The translations under genes and the position numbers were made by a program. Positions 48,760 to 58,906 of a DNA stretch of 64,000 nt are shown piece by piece (the stretch's first letter is position 1; each line of letters opens with the position of its first letter). Location of the stretch: NCBI GenBank assembly GCA_002269645.1, contig NIVC01000841.1:248001-312000 (forward strand). The letters run 5' to 3'. The notes under the pieces were generated by a model, which did no database searches, was not told the origin of the DNA, and worked only from the letters and a program-made list of their open reading frames with translations. The stretch is from Macrostomum lignano (taxonomy: Eukaryota).

Positions 48760-49850
48760 TCCCTTGGATCCTTTAAAATTTCTATCGTCTCTTTGTTTCC
48801 TCTCATCTCTCTCATCCCTCGTCTCTCCTCTCTCCCCTCTTCTCTTGTATCTTCCCTCATCTCTCTTCTCTTTCATCTCTCTTATCTCATCTCTTGTCTC
48901 TTCTTTTCTCTCTCCTCTCTCCCCCTCTCCTCTCTCCTCTCACCCCCTTTTCTCTCTTATCTTCCTTCTCCTTTCTATTATTTTCTCTCTTCTCTTAACT
49001 CTCTCCTCTACTCTCTCATCTCTCCCCTCTTCTCTCGTCTCTTCCCTCACCTCTTTTCTCTCTCGTCTTTGCTCTCCCATCTTTCCTTTCTCTTCTTTTA
49101 TCTTTTCTCTCTTATCTCTTCTCATTTCTCTCTGCTCCCTCTCTCTCTCTCTCTTCTCTGTTATCTCTCCTCTTTTCTCTACTCTCTCCCCTCTCCATTC
49201 TCCTCTTTCCTCTCCTCTCTCCTCACTCACTTCTCTACCTTTGTCTCTCCTCTCTCCTCTCGTCTCTGTAACCTCTCCTCTGTTCTCTCTACTCTCCCAT
49301 CTTTCATCTGTTCACTCTCGTCTCTGCTCTCTCATCTCCCTCTTTAATCTGGCATCTCTGTCTTATATGTTCTCTCACCTCTCTCCTCTGTACTCTTTTC
49401 TTTCCCCTCTTTTGACTCCTCACTTTTCTTTCTCCTTTTTTCTTTTCTCTTCTCTTCCCTTTTCTATACTCTGTCTCCCTCTCTTCTCTCACTCCACTTT
49501 GCTCTCTCCATTATCTCTCATCTCTCCTTCCACCTCTCTCATCTCTACAACCTTAGAGATGTAGAGATGTATCTTTAATCTCTTCTCTCTTCCCTTTACT
49601 CTCTCATCTCTTCTTTCACCTGTTTCCTCTCTGCTCTCCTCTCTGCTGTCTCCTCTCTCCTCTCATCTGCAGCTTTCTGCTCTCTCATCTCTACTCTCTC
49701 CTCTCGCTTTTCCTCTATCCCCTCTTCTCCCCTTCTCTCTCATTGTCCTCACCCCCTCATCTCTCCTATTATCTTTTATCTTTTCTTTTATCCCCTCTGT
49801 TGCCTCTCCTCTCTTCGAATCGTCTATTCCTTCTTCTTTCCACTTTCATC
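48760..49850. repeat. CT-rich low-complexity polypyrimidine tract
   Basis: Direct reading; S/L-rich and R/E-rich ORFs are artefacts. Confidence 0.9.
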
Positions 49851-50639
49851 TGCCCCTCAGCTATGAGCTGGATTCTTTATCTGGCCTTTGAGGTAAAAGT
49901 CTACCCATCCCTGCTTGGAAAGCCAGTTTGTGGGACATAGTACTCTCATGGTTGTTCTCATGCTTTGATCATGTTATCTTTCTTGCCAATTTGCAGCCCT
50001 AAAAGGAATTTGTATATCTTCAGCTCCACTGCAGTCTGCATCAGTCTAACAACCAAGGAAATATGCATTTCTTAGGAGGCCATTTAATATTTACACAGTA
50101 CCTTTAAAAGAACCCTAAAATTTTCATGGTGTGCCTAATTTAGTAGGGTTGTATTGCATTGCATCTCATCGCCTTTTCATAAATGTTTTGCTTTAACAAA
50201 CCATGCTGGATTCCCTCGATTTGCCAATTGCCATCCACTGTTAAACTGCTGCAGAGTTTGCCAATACAGAGGGGAGGGCAGTGGTTAAAATTTCTCACTG
50301 AACTGTCATGGCTAAATGTAGCCTCTCCACTCTCGGGGTGCGAGATTGCGAGAAGGCTATAAATAAAGTTATTCCAAAACACTGTACATTTGCTATGTAT
50401 ATTCAGTCTTATTTATACATAGTGCTTCTTTTCTTTTTTACATGACTTTTCTTCTATCAGTGCCCCCGTGGTGGGCCAACAAAGAATGTAATAAAAAATT
50501 GAGTAAAGTACATGTACTTTGAAGTAGTTTCTGACTTTTGCTTTGACATCTCAGAAACCCCCCCCCCATAATCTCAGTTATTCTCCGTAAGCCTTGACAT
50601 CTCAGTAAGTCTCCCCAGCACAGCACAATAGCTTCATTT

Positions 50640-51410
50640 AATTTTTACATGACACTTCTTTCATGTCTGACATGACGCTTCATTTGATTTTTACATGACG
50701 CTTCTTTTATTCTTCCATGACGCTTCTATGATTTTTCAAATGACACTTCCATTACTTTTATATAAGGCTTACATTATTGCTTACATGACTTTTCTATGAT
50801 TTTTTACATGACGCTTCTATGATTGTTTACATGACGCTTCTATGATTTTTTATATGACGCTTCTATGATTTTTTACATGATGCTTCTATGATTTTTTACA
50901 TGACGCTTCCATGATTGTTTACATGACCCTTCTATGATTTTTTATATGACGCTTCTATGATTTTTTACATGATGCTTCTATGATTTTTTACATGATGCTT
51001 CTATGATTGTTTACATGACGCTTCTATGATATTTTACATGATGCTACTATGATATTTTACATGACGCTTCTATGATTTTTACAAGACGCTTCTATGATTG
51101 TTTACATGATGCTTCTAGGATTGTTTACATGACGCTTCTATGATATTTTACATGATGCTACTATGATATTTTACATGACGCTTCTATGATTTTTACAAGA
51201 CGCTTCTATGATTGTTTATATGACGCTTCTATGATTGTTTACATGACGCTTCTATGATTGTTTATATGACGCTTCTATGATCTTTTACATGACGCTTCTA
51301 TGATATTTTACATGACGCTTCTATGATTTTTACAAGACGCTTCTATGATTGTTTACATGACGCTTCTATGATTGTTTACATGACACTTCTATGATTGTTT
51401 ACATGACGCC
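50640..51410. repeat. 23-bp minisatellite (TTTACATGACGCTTCTATGATTG), ~30 copies
   Basis: CATGAC at 51356 and 51379. Confidence 0.95.
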
Positions 51411-51459
51411 TTTTGTCTTTTATTTGTCCTTTAATAAAAGCTTTTAATAAAAAAAACTT

Positions 51460-51534
51460 TTCACTACTAAGATTCGAACCCAGGTCGCTGCATTTGCAGT
51501 CCAGTCTGTTCACATCTAGGCTAGCTATAATGGA
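51460..51534 (-). pseudogene. Degenerate tRNA-Cys(GCA)-like sequence or SINE head
   Basis: T arm CTGGG-TTCGAAT-CTTAG, anticodon loop CT-GCA-AA, partial acceptor stem, downstream T run; D arm degenerate. Confidence 0.4.
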
Positions 51535-51879
51535 ATTTATAAATGAAATTGTAGCACTTATATAATTCAACACTCACTCACGAAGCAGTTATGACATAAT
51601 CAATTTCCCAGGCAAGTCAGTATCAGTCTCAATTAAAGTTGACAATATGGTTACGCAATCTAAATCACGTCTAGTGCTACGCTTCTACACTGCATTTTCA
51701 ATACTGTGGCGCAATTCAAGTTGGGAGTTACAATTCAGTTATGATGCAATCTATTTCAGAATCAGAATTCAACCAGTCAGTTTTTTTCTCTAGCATTCTT
51801 ACAATGCATTTCAAGTCAAAAAGTATGCTTGACCTTTGCAAAAAAGCATGTTTTTTGAATATTTAATCCCTTTAGCATT

Positions 51880-52196
51880 GAGCAATTTCTTAGCCAAGAC
51901 ACATGTACCGTCATGGGAAATTTCTAATCGAACAGTGCAAGTCTCATGAAAATCGGTTAAGCCAGTCAGGAGAAAATCAATTTCGTACAAACATACAAGC
52001 AAGATTTTCATTTTTAGTATATAGGAAAGATTCAAACTTAGGAAATTTTAAGGTAGCCTATGACACTTTCCATAGGGAATTTAGGGTGGGTGCAAAATTT
52101 GGTATGAAGTGGTAGAGCGGTTTGGGAGTCCATGGCGAAGTAATTTGTACACACACACACACACACACACAGAGTTTTGATTTTTATAGGTAGAGA
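51880..52196 (-). mobile_element. Two tandem Helitron-like 5' end fragments
   Basis: Minus-strand starts A|TCTCTACCTATAAAAA (52196) and A|TCTTTCCTATATACTAAAAA (52030), followed by (TG)n or TGTATGTTTG; the second has an accgattttcatg core; family is inference. Confidence 0.45.
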
Positions 52197-52558
52197 TTTA
52201 TAAAATTTTATATTCAATTTTTATATATAATATAAAGCTGTAATTAGCTAAATAGTAATATTATTAATAAATTATTAATTATAAAATTAGGCCAGAAAAA
52301 TTGTGAAGTATTATAATTTTTACAACATTAAACCCAACATATACAATATGATCAATGGCCCTATTATAATGAGCTGTTTCTCTCCAATCCCAATTGCAAT
52401 TTAGAGGCTATACACTTGACATCCTACACATCACACAAAATAGTATTATTAACTTATTCAATAGTTCCTAGGGCCTATACCTTCTAGTTCCTATAGTACA
52501 CCAATAGTTATGGTTGACAGTCGTTTCATCTGCTGCCATTTTGTCTGTTGCCATTTCA

Positions 52559-53006
52559 GGCCTTGGCAATCAATCTTCTAGTTTTGCACGTTTAATTATT
52601 TTAAAGCATTTTTAATTATTTTCAACAAAGCAATCATAGCTAGGCACCCTGCAGCACCAACAATTATCATTCTGGTCCCAGACCTATGACCTGCTGCTGA
52701 ACCACCGGCTGCACTTTGTGGACCCTAACCACCTAGAAGTCCATACAAACACAGTAGAGGGCACATGGGCCCACACTAAGGCCCGTTTCAGGGCCATGCA
52801 TGGCACGTCCAAGGCCCTGTTCGACACCCACTTGGACGAATTTCTCTGGCGTCGTTGCCACCTGTGCAATATCTTTGGGAACATCCTTTTCTGGGTGGCG
52901 CACTATTATGCCATCTGAGGCATAAAACAGAAAACAAAACTGTCGTTAACTGTCATTTTAAAAACAGTTTGAATTAAATGTGCGAAACTAGAAGATTGCC
53001 CAGGCC
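52559..53006 (+). mobile_element. Internally deleted Merlin (IS1016/ISXO2-like) DNA transposon, ~450 bp
   Basis: ~40-bp imperfect TIRs beginning GGCCT; fragment NHRLHFVDP..VHTNTVEGTW...HLDEFLWRR..IFGNIL matches the ISXO2 transposase C-terminus; no TSD found. Confidence 0.75.
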
Positions 53007-53507
53007 TTCTTGAACTTTATTTAAAGAATTAGGATTTTATGTGAATTTTTCATTCTATGTACATATTTGCACGTATAAAATATATATCTTGTGCCTAAAA
53101 ACCATTAAAATAGCGCGGCTCAGATTTTTGGTTTTATGAGGCTATTTTATCATTCTTAGCTGACTCTGTAACAAATATTTGTAACAGAGATGATAAAATG
53201 GATTCATAAAACCAAAGATTCGAGCTGTGCCATGCATTTTTATGATTTTTAGGTACAGGAAATGTACGTAGAATAAAAAATTCACCTAGAATCCTAATTC
53301 TTTGAACGATAAACTTTATGAATATCAATAGAGCAATAAGAAAGGCACAACATATCAAAATGTGAACACTGGATCTGCCTCCTATCAAAAGCAATAGCAA
53401 TTTTTGTGCTAAAAAATGAAAGCTTCCTATCTCCGACGTATAGTGTATTATTTTTTCGGGAAAACCTGCCTTTTAAAATTTTCTAAGAAACGAGGTTTCC
53501 CGTCCTT

Positions 53508-53767
53508 GGGCCTTTTCATATTGCTTGCTCTGGTTCCAGAACCAGAGCCAATTTGTAAAGTATAACTTTTTGTCTCCATAACTAGAGGGAGATACGTGCT
53601 ATAAAGTTTTTATTATTGAATGACAATCGCCAAGAAGAAAGTGAAAAATTGTGCGAAGTTAGGTTGTTAAGGCAGTCAAATATTAACAGAGTTTAATAGT
53701 TATACTGCCGTTTTTCTTGGAATTCCGAACCGATTCTGGTTCTGGAATTGGTAATATGAAAAGGCCC
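53508..53767. mobile_element. ~260-bp MITE copy 1, TIR GGGCCTTTTCATATT, CTT on both flanks
   Basis: TIR at 53508 and its complement ending at 53767; possible 3-bp TSD. Confidence 0.75.
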
Positions 53768-53827
53768 CTTCTCCTTAAGTCGTCCTTGCTGAATTACTGT
53801 AAACCGACACTATGAGGTGCTTCCAGG

Positions 53828-54090
53828 AGGCTTTTCATATTACCAATTCCAGAATCAGAATCGGTTCGGATCTTCCAAGAAAAACAGCAGTAGTATAACT
53901 ATATAATTCTGTTGAATGTTTGACTGCCTTAACAACCTCACTTAGCATAATTTTTCACTTTCTTCTTGGCGATTGTCATTCAATAATAAAAACTTATAAC
54001 ACGTATCTCCCTCTAGTTATGGAGACAAAAAGTTATACTTCACAAATTGGTTCTGGTTCTGGAACAAGAACAAGCAATATGAAAAGGCCC
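53828..54090. mobile_element. ~260-bp MITE copy 2, inverted relative to copy 1
   Basis: Near reverse complement of 53508-53767. Confidence 0.75.
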
Positions 54091-54323
54091 CTTGTCATAT
54101 ATGTAGACCAGCAGCTGAACTTTCGCTGGAATAGCTTTTCCCGAGCAGCAAAATTATACGTATCCAATAGTTAGTTGAACGTCTCCGATACGTAACTTGT
54201 CGTAAATTGTTTAAAAATTGACTTATATTAGCTGTTTACGTACAGTATAGTTAGTAGCAATTTGCTTGTTACTGTTATGGATAAAGTCGTAAAAAATTAA
54301 AGAAGACGGTTTTCATCTACATG

Positions 54324-54509
54324 CAGTGGCGCAACCAGGGGGGCGGGGGGCGGTCGCCCCCCCCCCCTTAGGCGGGGGACCGAAAAAAATCAAAGGGGGG
54401 ACCAAGCGAATTTTCGCCAAAAACAGAGCCACCCCTCCGCCGCCCCCCCCTCCCGGGACTTTACCCTCAGAATCCGCCCCCCCTTCAAAAATTTCTGGTT
54501 GCGCTACTG
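54324..54509. mobile_element. hAT-type MITE, 186 bp
   Basis: TIR CAGTGGCGCAACCAG / CTGGTTGCGCTACTG; 8-bp TSD TCTACATG on both sides. Confidence 0.9.
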
Positions 54510-55865
54510 TCTACATGTACATGTTTGTGAGCACGCGCGCGGGCCTGGTGAAACGAAAAATTATCACTTTTTCTCCCTACTTTTTGGCAGCATGCGTATT
54601 CCGATTGGGCTGGATTGAGTGACATTAATTGTCCCAGCTCCTTTATTTTCGTGAGACAAGCTATTCTACCAAGCGTTGCAACATGAATTTTGTGCAATAA
54701 AATAAATCCAAATCTGCATATTGTACATTTACACGATGCGACTTAAGTACAGTAAAATTTGCATGATTCGAATCGCAAAAATGCAATAATTATAGCGTCG
54801 CAATGATCCGTGCACATTAAGTTACATGTAATAAACATGTAGGAAGACTTTCGTAAATTCTTCACACGTTATTTGATAGTTGCATGTTCATGCTATATGT
54901 TATCATCGTGTTTTTAGTTATTTCGGTAATACCATGTACATCGTGCCCTTTTTACATGCATGCATAAAGTACAATAAAAGCACACAAAAACATAACGTTG
55001 ATAGACACAGTCAAGACGCTAAAAAGAAGCAATTAAGTACCGTAACAGTAAATGGACGTTTTGGCGTTTTGGCGCAGCGCTTGAAAATGGGTATGAGTCT
55101 TATCACACCATATACATGTATGTTCGGCCCACCTATGCGTCTTTATTCGCTGTTGCAATTTAAGAATAGCAATTTTATCCAGCGACATCGATCCATCGAC
55201 CTCGCATTGGTACGTCGGATCCAAATTAGCGGACGTCGCTACGTTGTACGGGATGGATGCACAGGAAAAGAAACAATACATCAATCGCAACAAAGGTGGC
55301 GTAGCATGTGTTAAAGTCTATACATTGTGCACCTCGTAATGAAGAAATACACGTGAATTCAGCGTGACATTAAGTTATTGAATTATAGTTTACAAAACAC
55401 GTACGATTGGATTGTGCATTTGTTAGGAAAGCTTTTATCTTAGGTAGAATCGAATTAAAACTTTAAAAATAGGGACAGGAGCAAGAGTAAATGTATGTAC
55501 ATGTACTGTACAAATATCATCAGTCATTTAAGATTTGGCTTTTTTGATGGAAACTTCTTTTGAAACTGTTGCGACCATATACTAGCGTAGTAGGTACTAA
55601 AATACCTAGCCCGTAGATATGTCACTCGCAATTGAAGTTGTGAAAAAGCAGAGCGTATGTTTTAGTCTTTTTTTCAGTAGTATGCCTGCGGAGGTGCCCT
55701 AAAAATTTACTGTGGCCGGCGGCTAAAATTTCCTTTCCTTCAGAGTTTGCGGCCTCAGTAGCAATGTGGGGTTAAGAATGAATAACAAGCATTTAACTCC
55801 ATGTACACACAAGTGAAAACAAGACGGACGAAACTCAGAGAGCAGTAAGGAGAGAGAGAAAGTGA

Positions 55866-55897
<32 letters not shown>

Positions 55898-56267
55898 AAG
55901 AGAGCAAAGTCAGACAGACGAAACTCGGCCTAGGGGGCAGGTCCAATCTGGCTCAGCCAATGAGAGAACCGAAGAAAAAAGGCCCAAGTCAGACACAAGC
56001 CGGCAAGAGGAAAGCCAAACTGTTTATCGGTCTGGCTTGGGGCTGGGGCGCCACTTCCTTTTTTATCTTGCTCGCTATGCACACGCTTTGGATTTGGATT
56101 AATAAGTTTTACTGTAATCTTCAATCTAAAATTGATTCTGTTACATTTTTCAAAAAAAGATATTTGACCTTAACATTTTTATGAAGGCAAAACCGCAAAT
56201 TTTTACTGAAAAAGTAGTGGAACACTTTTTTGCAAGCGATATATCAAGTTATTTCAGTACTTGCGGC

Positions 56268-56615
56268 TTAGACATCACTAATATTGTCGTACGGCGCTTT
56301 CAAACGCTTATTAGCTGGCGGCGAGACGACGGCAACCGTGGACGAGGACACCACGTAGTGCCGCCTATTGGAGTCCGGTTTGGTGGCCAGATTTTCTGCC
56401 GCAGCGGAGGTGCCGCATAGAGGAGTGTAGGACACTATAGGGCCCGCTGTGTAGTGCTGATGCTGAAGGTCGCCAGCACCGTTGTAGTTGTCCTCGCAAC
56501 GAGCTGGAGCACCAGTGCGACGCTGGGATCCAGCCTGCGTACCGAGTGCAGCAGCAGCAGCTGCGGAAAGGTCCGTCTCCGAGTGGAATGCCTCCGGTCT
56601 GGCATTGAAGGCCAT
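56268..56615 (-). CDS. Hypothetical 115-aa low-complexity protein or first exon
   Basis: ATG preceded by an aatcaag acceptor-like site; poly-Ala; NLS-like PPANKRLK; no family recognised. Confidence 0.3.
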   Translation of the reverse strand: MAFNARPEAFHSETDLSAAAAAALGTQAGSQRRTGAPARCEDNYNGAGDLQHQHYTAGPIVSYTPLCGTSAAAENLATKPDSNRRHYVVSSSTVAVVSPPANKRLKAPYDNISDV

Positions 56616-56692
56616 CGCTGATTGGCGACCTTGATTAAATAGATAGATAGATAGATAGATAGAGCCGCTAGTTTATGGCTAGGCGTCACCCT

Positions 56693-57638
56693 TGTCAGCC
56701 GTTCCCTCGCCCTCCCTTTGGGTTGCTGTCTGCCGCTGGTCAGCTTCCCGCCCTCCTTTCGCTTGCCTGTTGCCCCCGTGTCCTTTCCGCCCTGTTGCGT
56801 TTCCGTTCTCAGCCCTCAGTCTCTCGACTGTGGGCTGTCTCTGTTTCGCTCCCGTCCCGTTTTCCCTGTCTTGTGAGCAAGTCACATGACAGTTCTTGCG
56901 TTCTTTGAGTCTTAAAGTGCAGTAAACATGTTTACTGCACTCGTTGGCCCTGTTTACCGGGTGAGTCACGTGCTTTCGGACCCTTCCCTTCTCTAAGGAG
57001 AGGAGTGACTCATGTTGCTAAAAATAGCAACTGAGTCACAGCCGCGTGTACTCTGGCCGGGGACCTCAAGTGACGTCAGTTCTAAAAATAGAACAAGTCA
57101 CGAGGTCTTCCGCGCGCTTGTACCCTGCCCAAGACTCTCGAGTGACGTCAGTTCTAAAAATAGAACAAGTCACGAGGTCTGGAGCGTGGGAATTTCCCGG
57201 CTATAAATAGGAGCCCTCTCCCCCTTGTTTCCGTCAAGGAGTCTTCCTTCTGTTCAACCTCGAGTTCTACGTCCGCGTGTGACTAAGTCCCGAGTGTCCG
57301 AGTCTTTGCGCACATTGATTCTGTTCCTATTGCTCCGACTGAGACCCGACCAAACCAATCCAAGTCTACGAGAGGCTAACTCAGCCCTCCCTGTACCATC
57401 CAAGCCCGGCAGGTGCTGCTGACGAGACGCCTTATACGTTGAGCTGCAAATCTGCACGTCGTGCTGTGTTCGTTGACTTCATTATTTCGTTCCGACGGGA
57501 AGCTCACCTCACCGAAGGCCGAGACCTGAAGGAACTGGTGGCAGCACTACCTACGCTACTAAAGTTAAGAAGGCTTCTAAGTGAGAGGACGGAGCCCAAG
57601 TCACTGCGCTGTACAGCAGGACAACCACAGGTACAACA
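56693..57638 (+). mobile_element. Putative 5' LTR (~950 bp) of Gypsy element 3
   Basis: TGTCAG start, ACAACA end, followed by PBS-like TGGTGACGC at 57640; TATA-like TATAAATA near 57202; 3' LTR outside window so left edge unconfirmed. Confidence 0.65.
56916..57210 (+). promoter_or_regulatory. LTR U3 motif cluster: Forkhead, AP-1, E-box, MEF2, CRE, NF-kB-like sites and TATA box
   Basis: Exact consensus matches: TGTTTAC/GTAAACA x3, TGA(C/G)TCA x3, CTAAAAATAG x3, TGACGTCA x2, GGGAATTTCC, CACGTG. Confidence 0.6.
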
Positions 57639-58906
57639 CTGGTGACGCAGCGGTGAGATCCGACTACGACACACCCAAGCCAACCGCTCTTTCGAGAACG
57701 ACATCGGCCAGCGACTACGACGAGTTCAACATGTTCAACGAGCGAGACGAGAGCCGGTGCAGCAGCCGGCTGGATCAGCACATCAGCAGTTCGAGGCCTG
57801 CGGCAGCAGAAGCCGCCGCAGCAGCAGCAGCGATCAACGACTTTGGTCAGCAGCCAACGCCGAGGCAAGGTGCGAGAAGCGACGTGTCCGACGACCCGCC
57901 AGACGAGCTTCTGCAAGGCCTGGACAACATCGGCCGGAACATCACGCACCAGGACGAGAGGACCATGATGGCAGCTCTGCAGCAGCAGATGGAGCGGCCT
58001 GTGAGTAAACAAGTTAAGATTGTGAAGTATACTCCAAGTCAGGACATTCATGTCTGGCTTGCCGCGTTCGAGCAGCGTTGCGAGATGGAGCGCATCGTCG
58101 ACCCGTTCGAGATGAAGCAACACCTCATTGCGAGTCTTGATTTGGCTACTGCATATCCTTCTTTGCTTAGTATGAATCTCCCGCGTTTCGCCAGCTACGA
58201 GGAGGTCAAGCAGCGTCTGATTGAGCGATTTGCCCGTCATGGTGGTGCTGATGAGTATAGAGAGCTGTTTAGGCGTCGTCAACAAGGCAAGAATGAGTCA
58301 GCAGAAGAGTTCGCTGACGCCCTGAGAACTCTGGGTGAACGTGCATATCCTCGAATGCATCCTGAAGACCGCGAGAAGGAGATTACTGATCAATTTCTTG
58401 CTGGTATCCGGACGACTCCAGATCTGCGCGAACGGCTGTACTGGGTTCGCCCGAACAATCTTCTTGCTGCGATTCGAGAGCTACGACGACTAGAAGGCGC
58501 CAAAGAATTGGCGCACCGATCTGCTCAACCCCCGGTTAGGATGTTGGACGGGGAGGAGGACGGCGACCCGAAACCCGACGTCACCGCCCAAGCCTTACTG
58601 ACTCTAACCGACTTGATTGAGAAGCAGCAGCGAATGCTGGATCACCTGGTGCAGCGTGACCAACAGCAGGTAGCCAGCCCGCCAAAGAGAGCTATAATCT
58701 GCTATAGCTGCGGACAGCCCGGTCATCGCAACACCCAGTGCCCGACGCGCCAGAACCAGGGAAACGGCCAGGCGGAGAGCGACAACGGCACCGCCCTCCG
58801 CGAGGTCCAAGCCCAGGCTACTTGGCAGACTCCGAGAGGTCACCAGAAGAAGAGGATGTCGGCTGTGCAGGCGCCAATGCCCAGTCCGACAGTCGCTCGT
58901 CAGTAA
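57581..58906 (+). CDS. Gypsy element 3 gag with CCHC zinc knuckle
   Basis: WLAAFEQRCE, RRRQQGKNESAEEFADAL, CYSCGQPGHRNTQC; true start uncertain. Confidence 0.88.
   Translation: MRGRSPSHCAVQQDNHRYNTGDAAVRSDYDTPKPTALSRTTSASDYDEFNMFNERDESRCSSRLDQHISSSRPAAAEAAAAAAAINDFGQQPTPRQGARSDVSDDPPDELLQGLDNIGRNITHQDERTMMAALQQQMERPVSKQVKIVKYTPSQDIHVWLAAFEQRCEMERIVDPFEMKQHLIASLDLATAYPSLLSMNLPRFASYEEVKQRLIERFARHGGADEYRELFRRRQQGKNESAEEFADALRTLGERAYPRMHPEDREKEITDQFLAGIRTTPDLRERLYWVRPNNLLAAIRELRRLEGAKELAHRSAQPPVRMLDGEEDGDPKPDVTAQALLTLTDLIEKQQRMLDHLVQRDQQQVASPPKRAIICYSCGQPGHRNTQCPTRQNQGNGQAESDNGTALREVQAQATWQTPRGHQKKRMSAVQAPMPSPTVARQ
58759..58765 (+). other. -1 ribosomal frameshift slippery site G GGA AAC (gag to pol)
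   Basis: In gag frame just after the knuckle; the -1 frame is open into the protease (LLDSGS). Confidence 0.75.

Noticed and set aside
48603-49940. Ser/Leu-rich and Arg/Glu-rich ORFs
   Set aside because: Products of a CT-rich low-complexity tract
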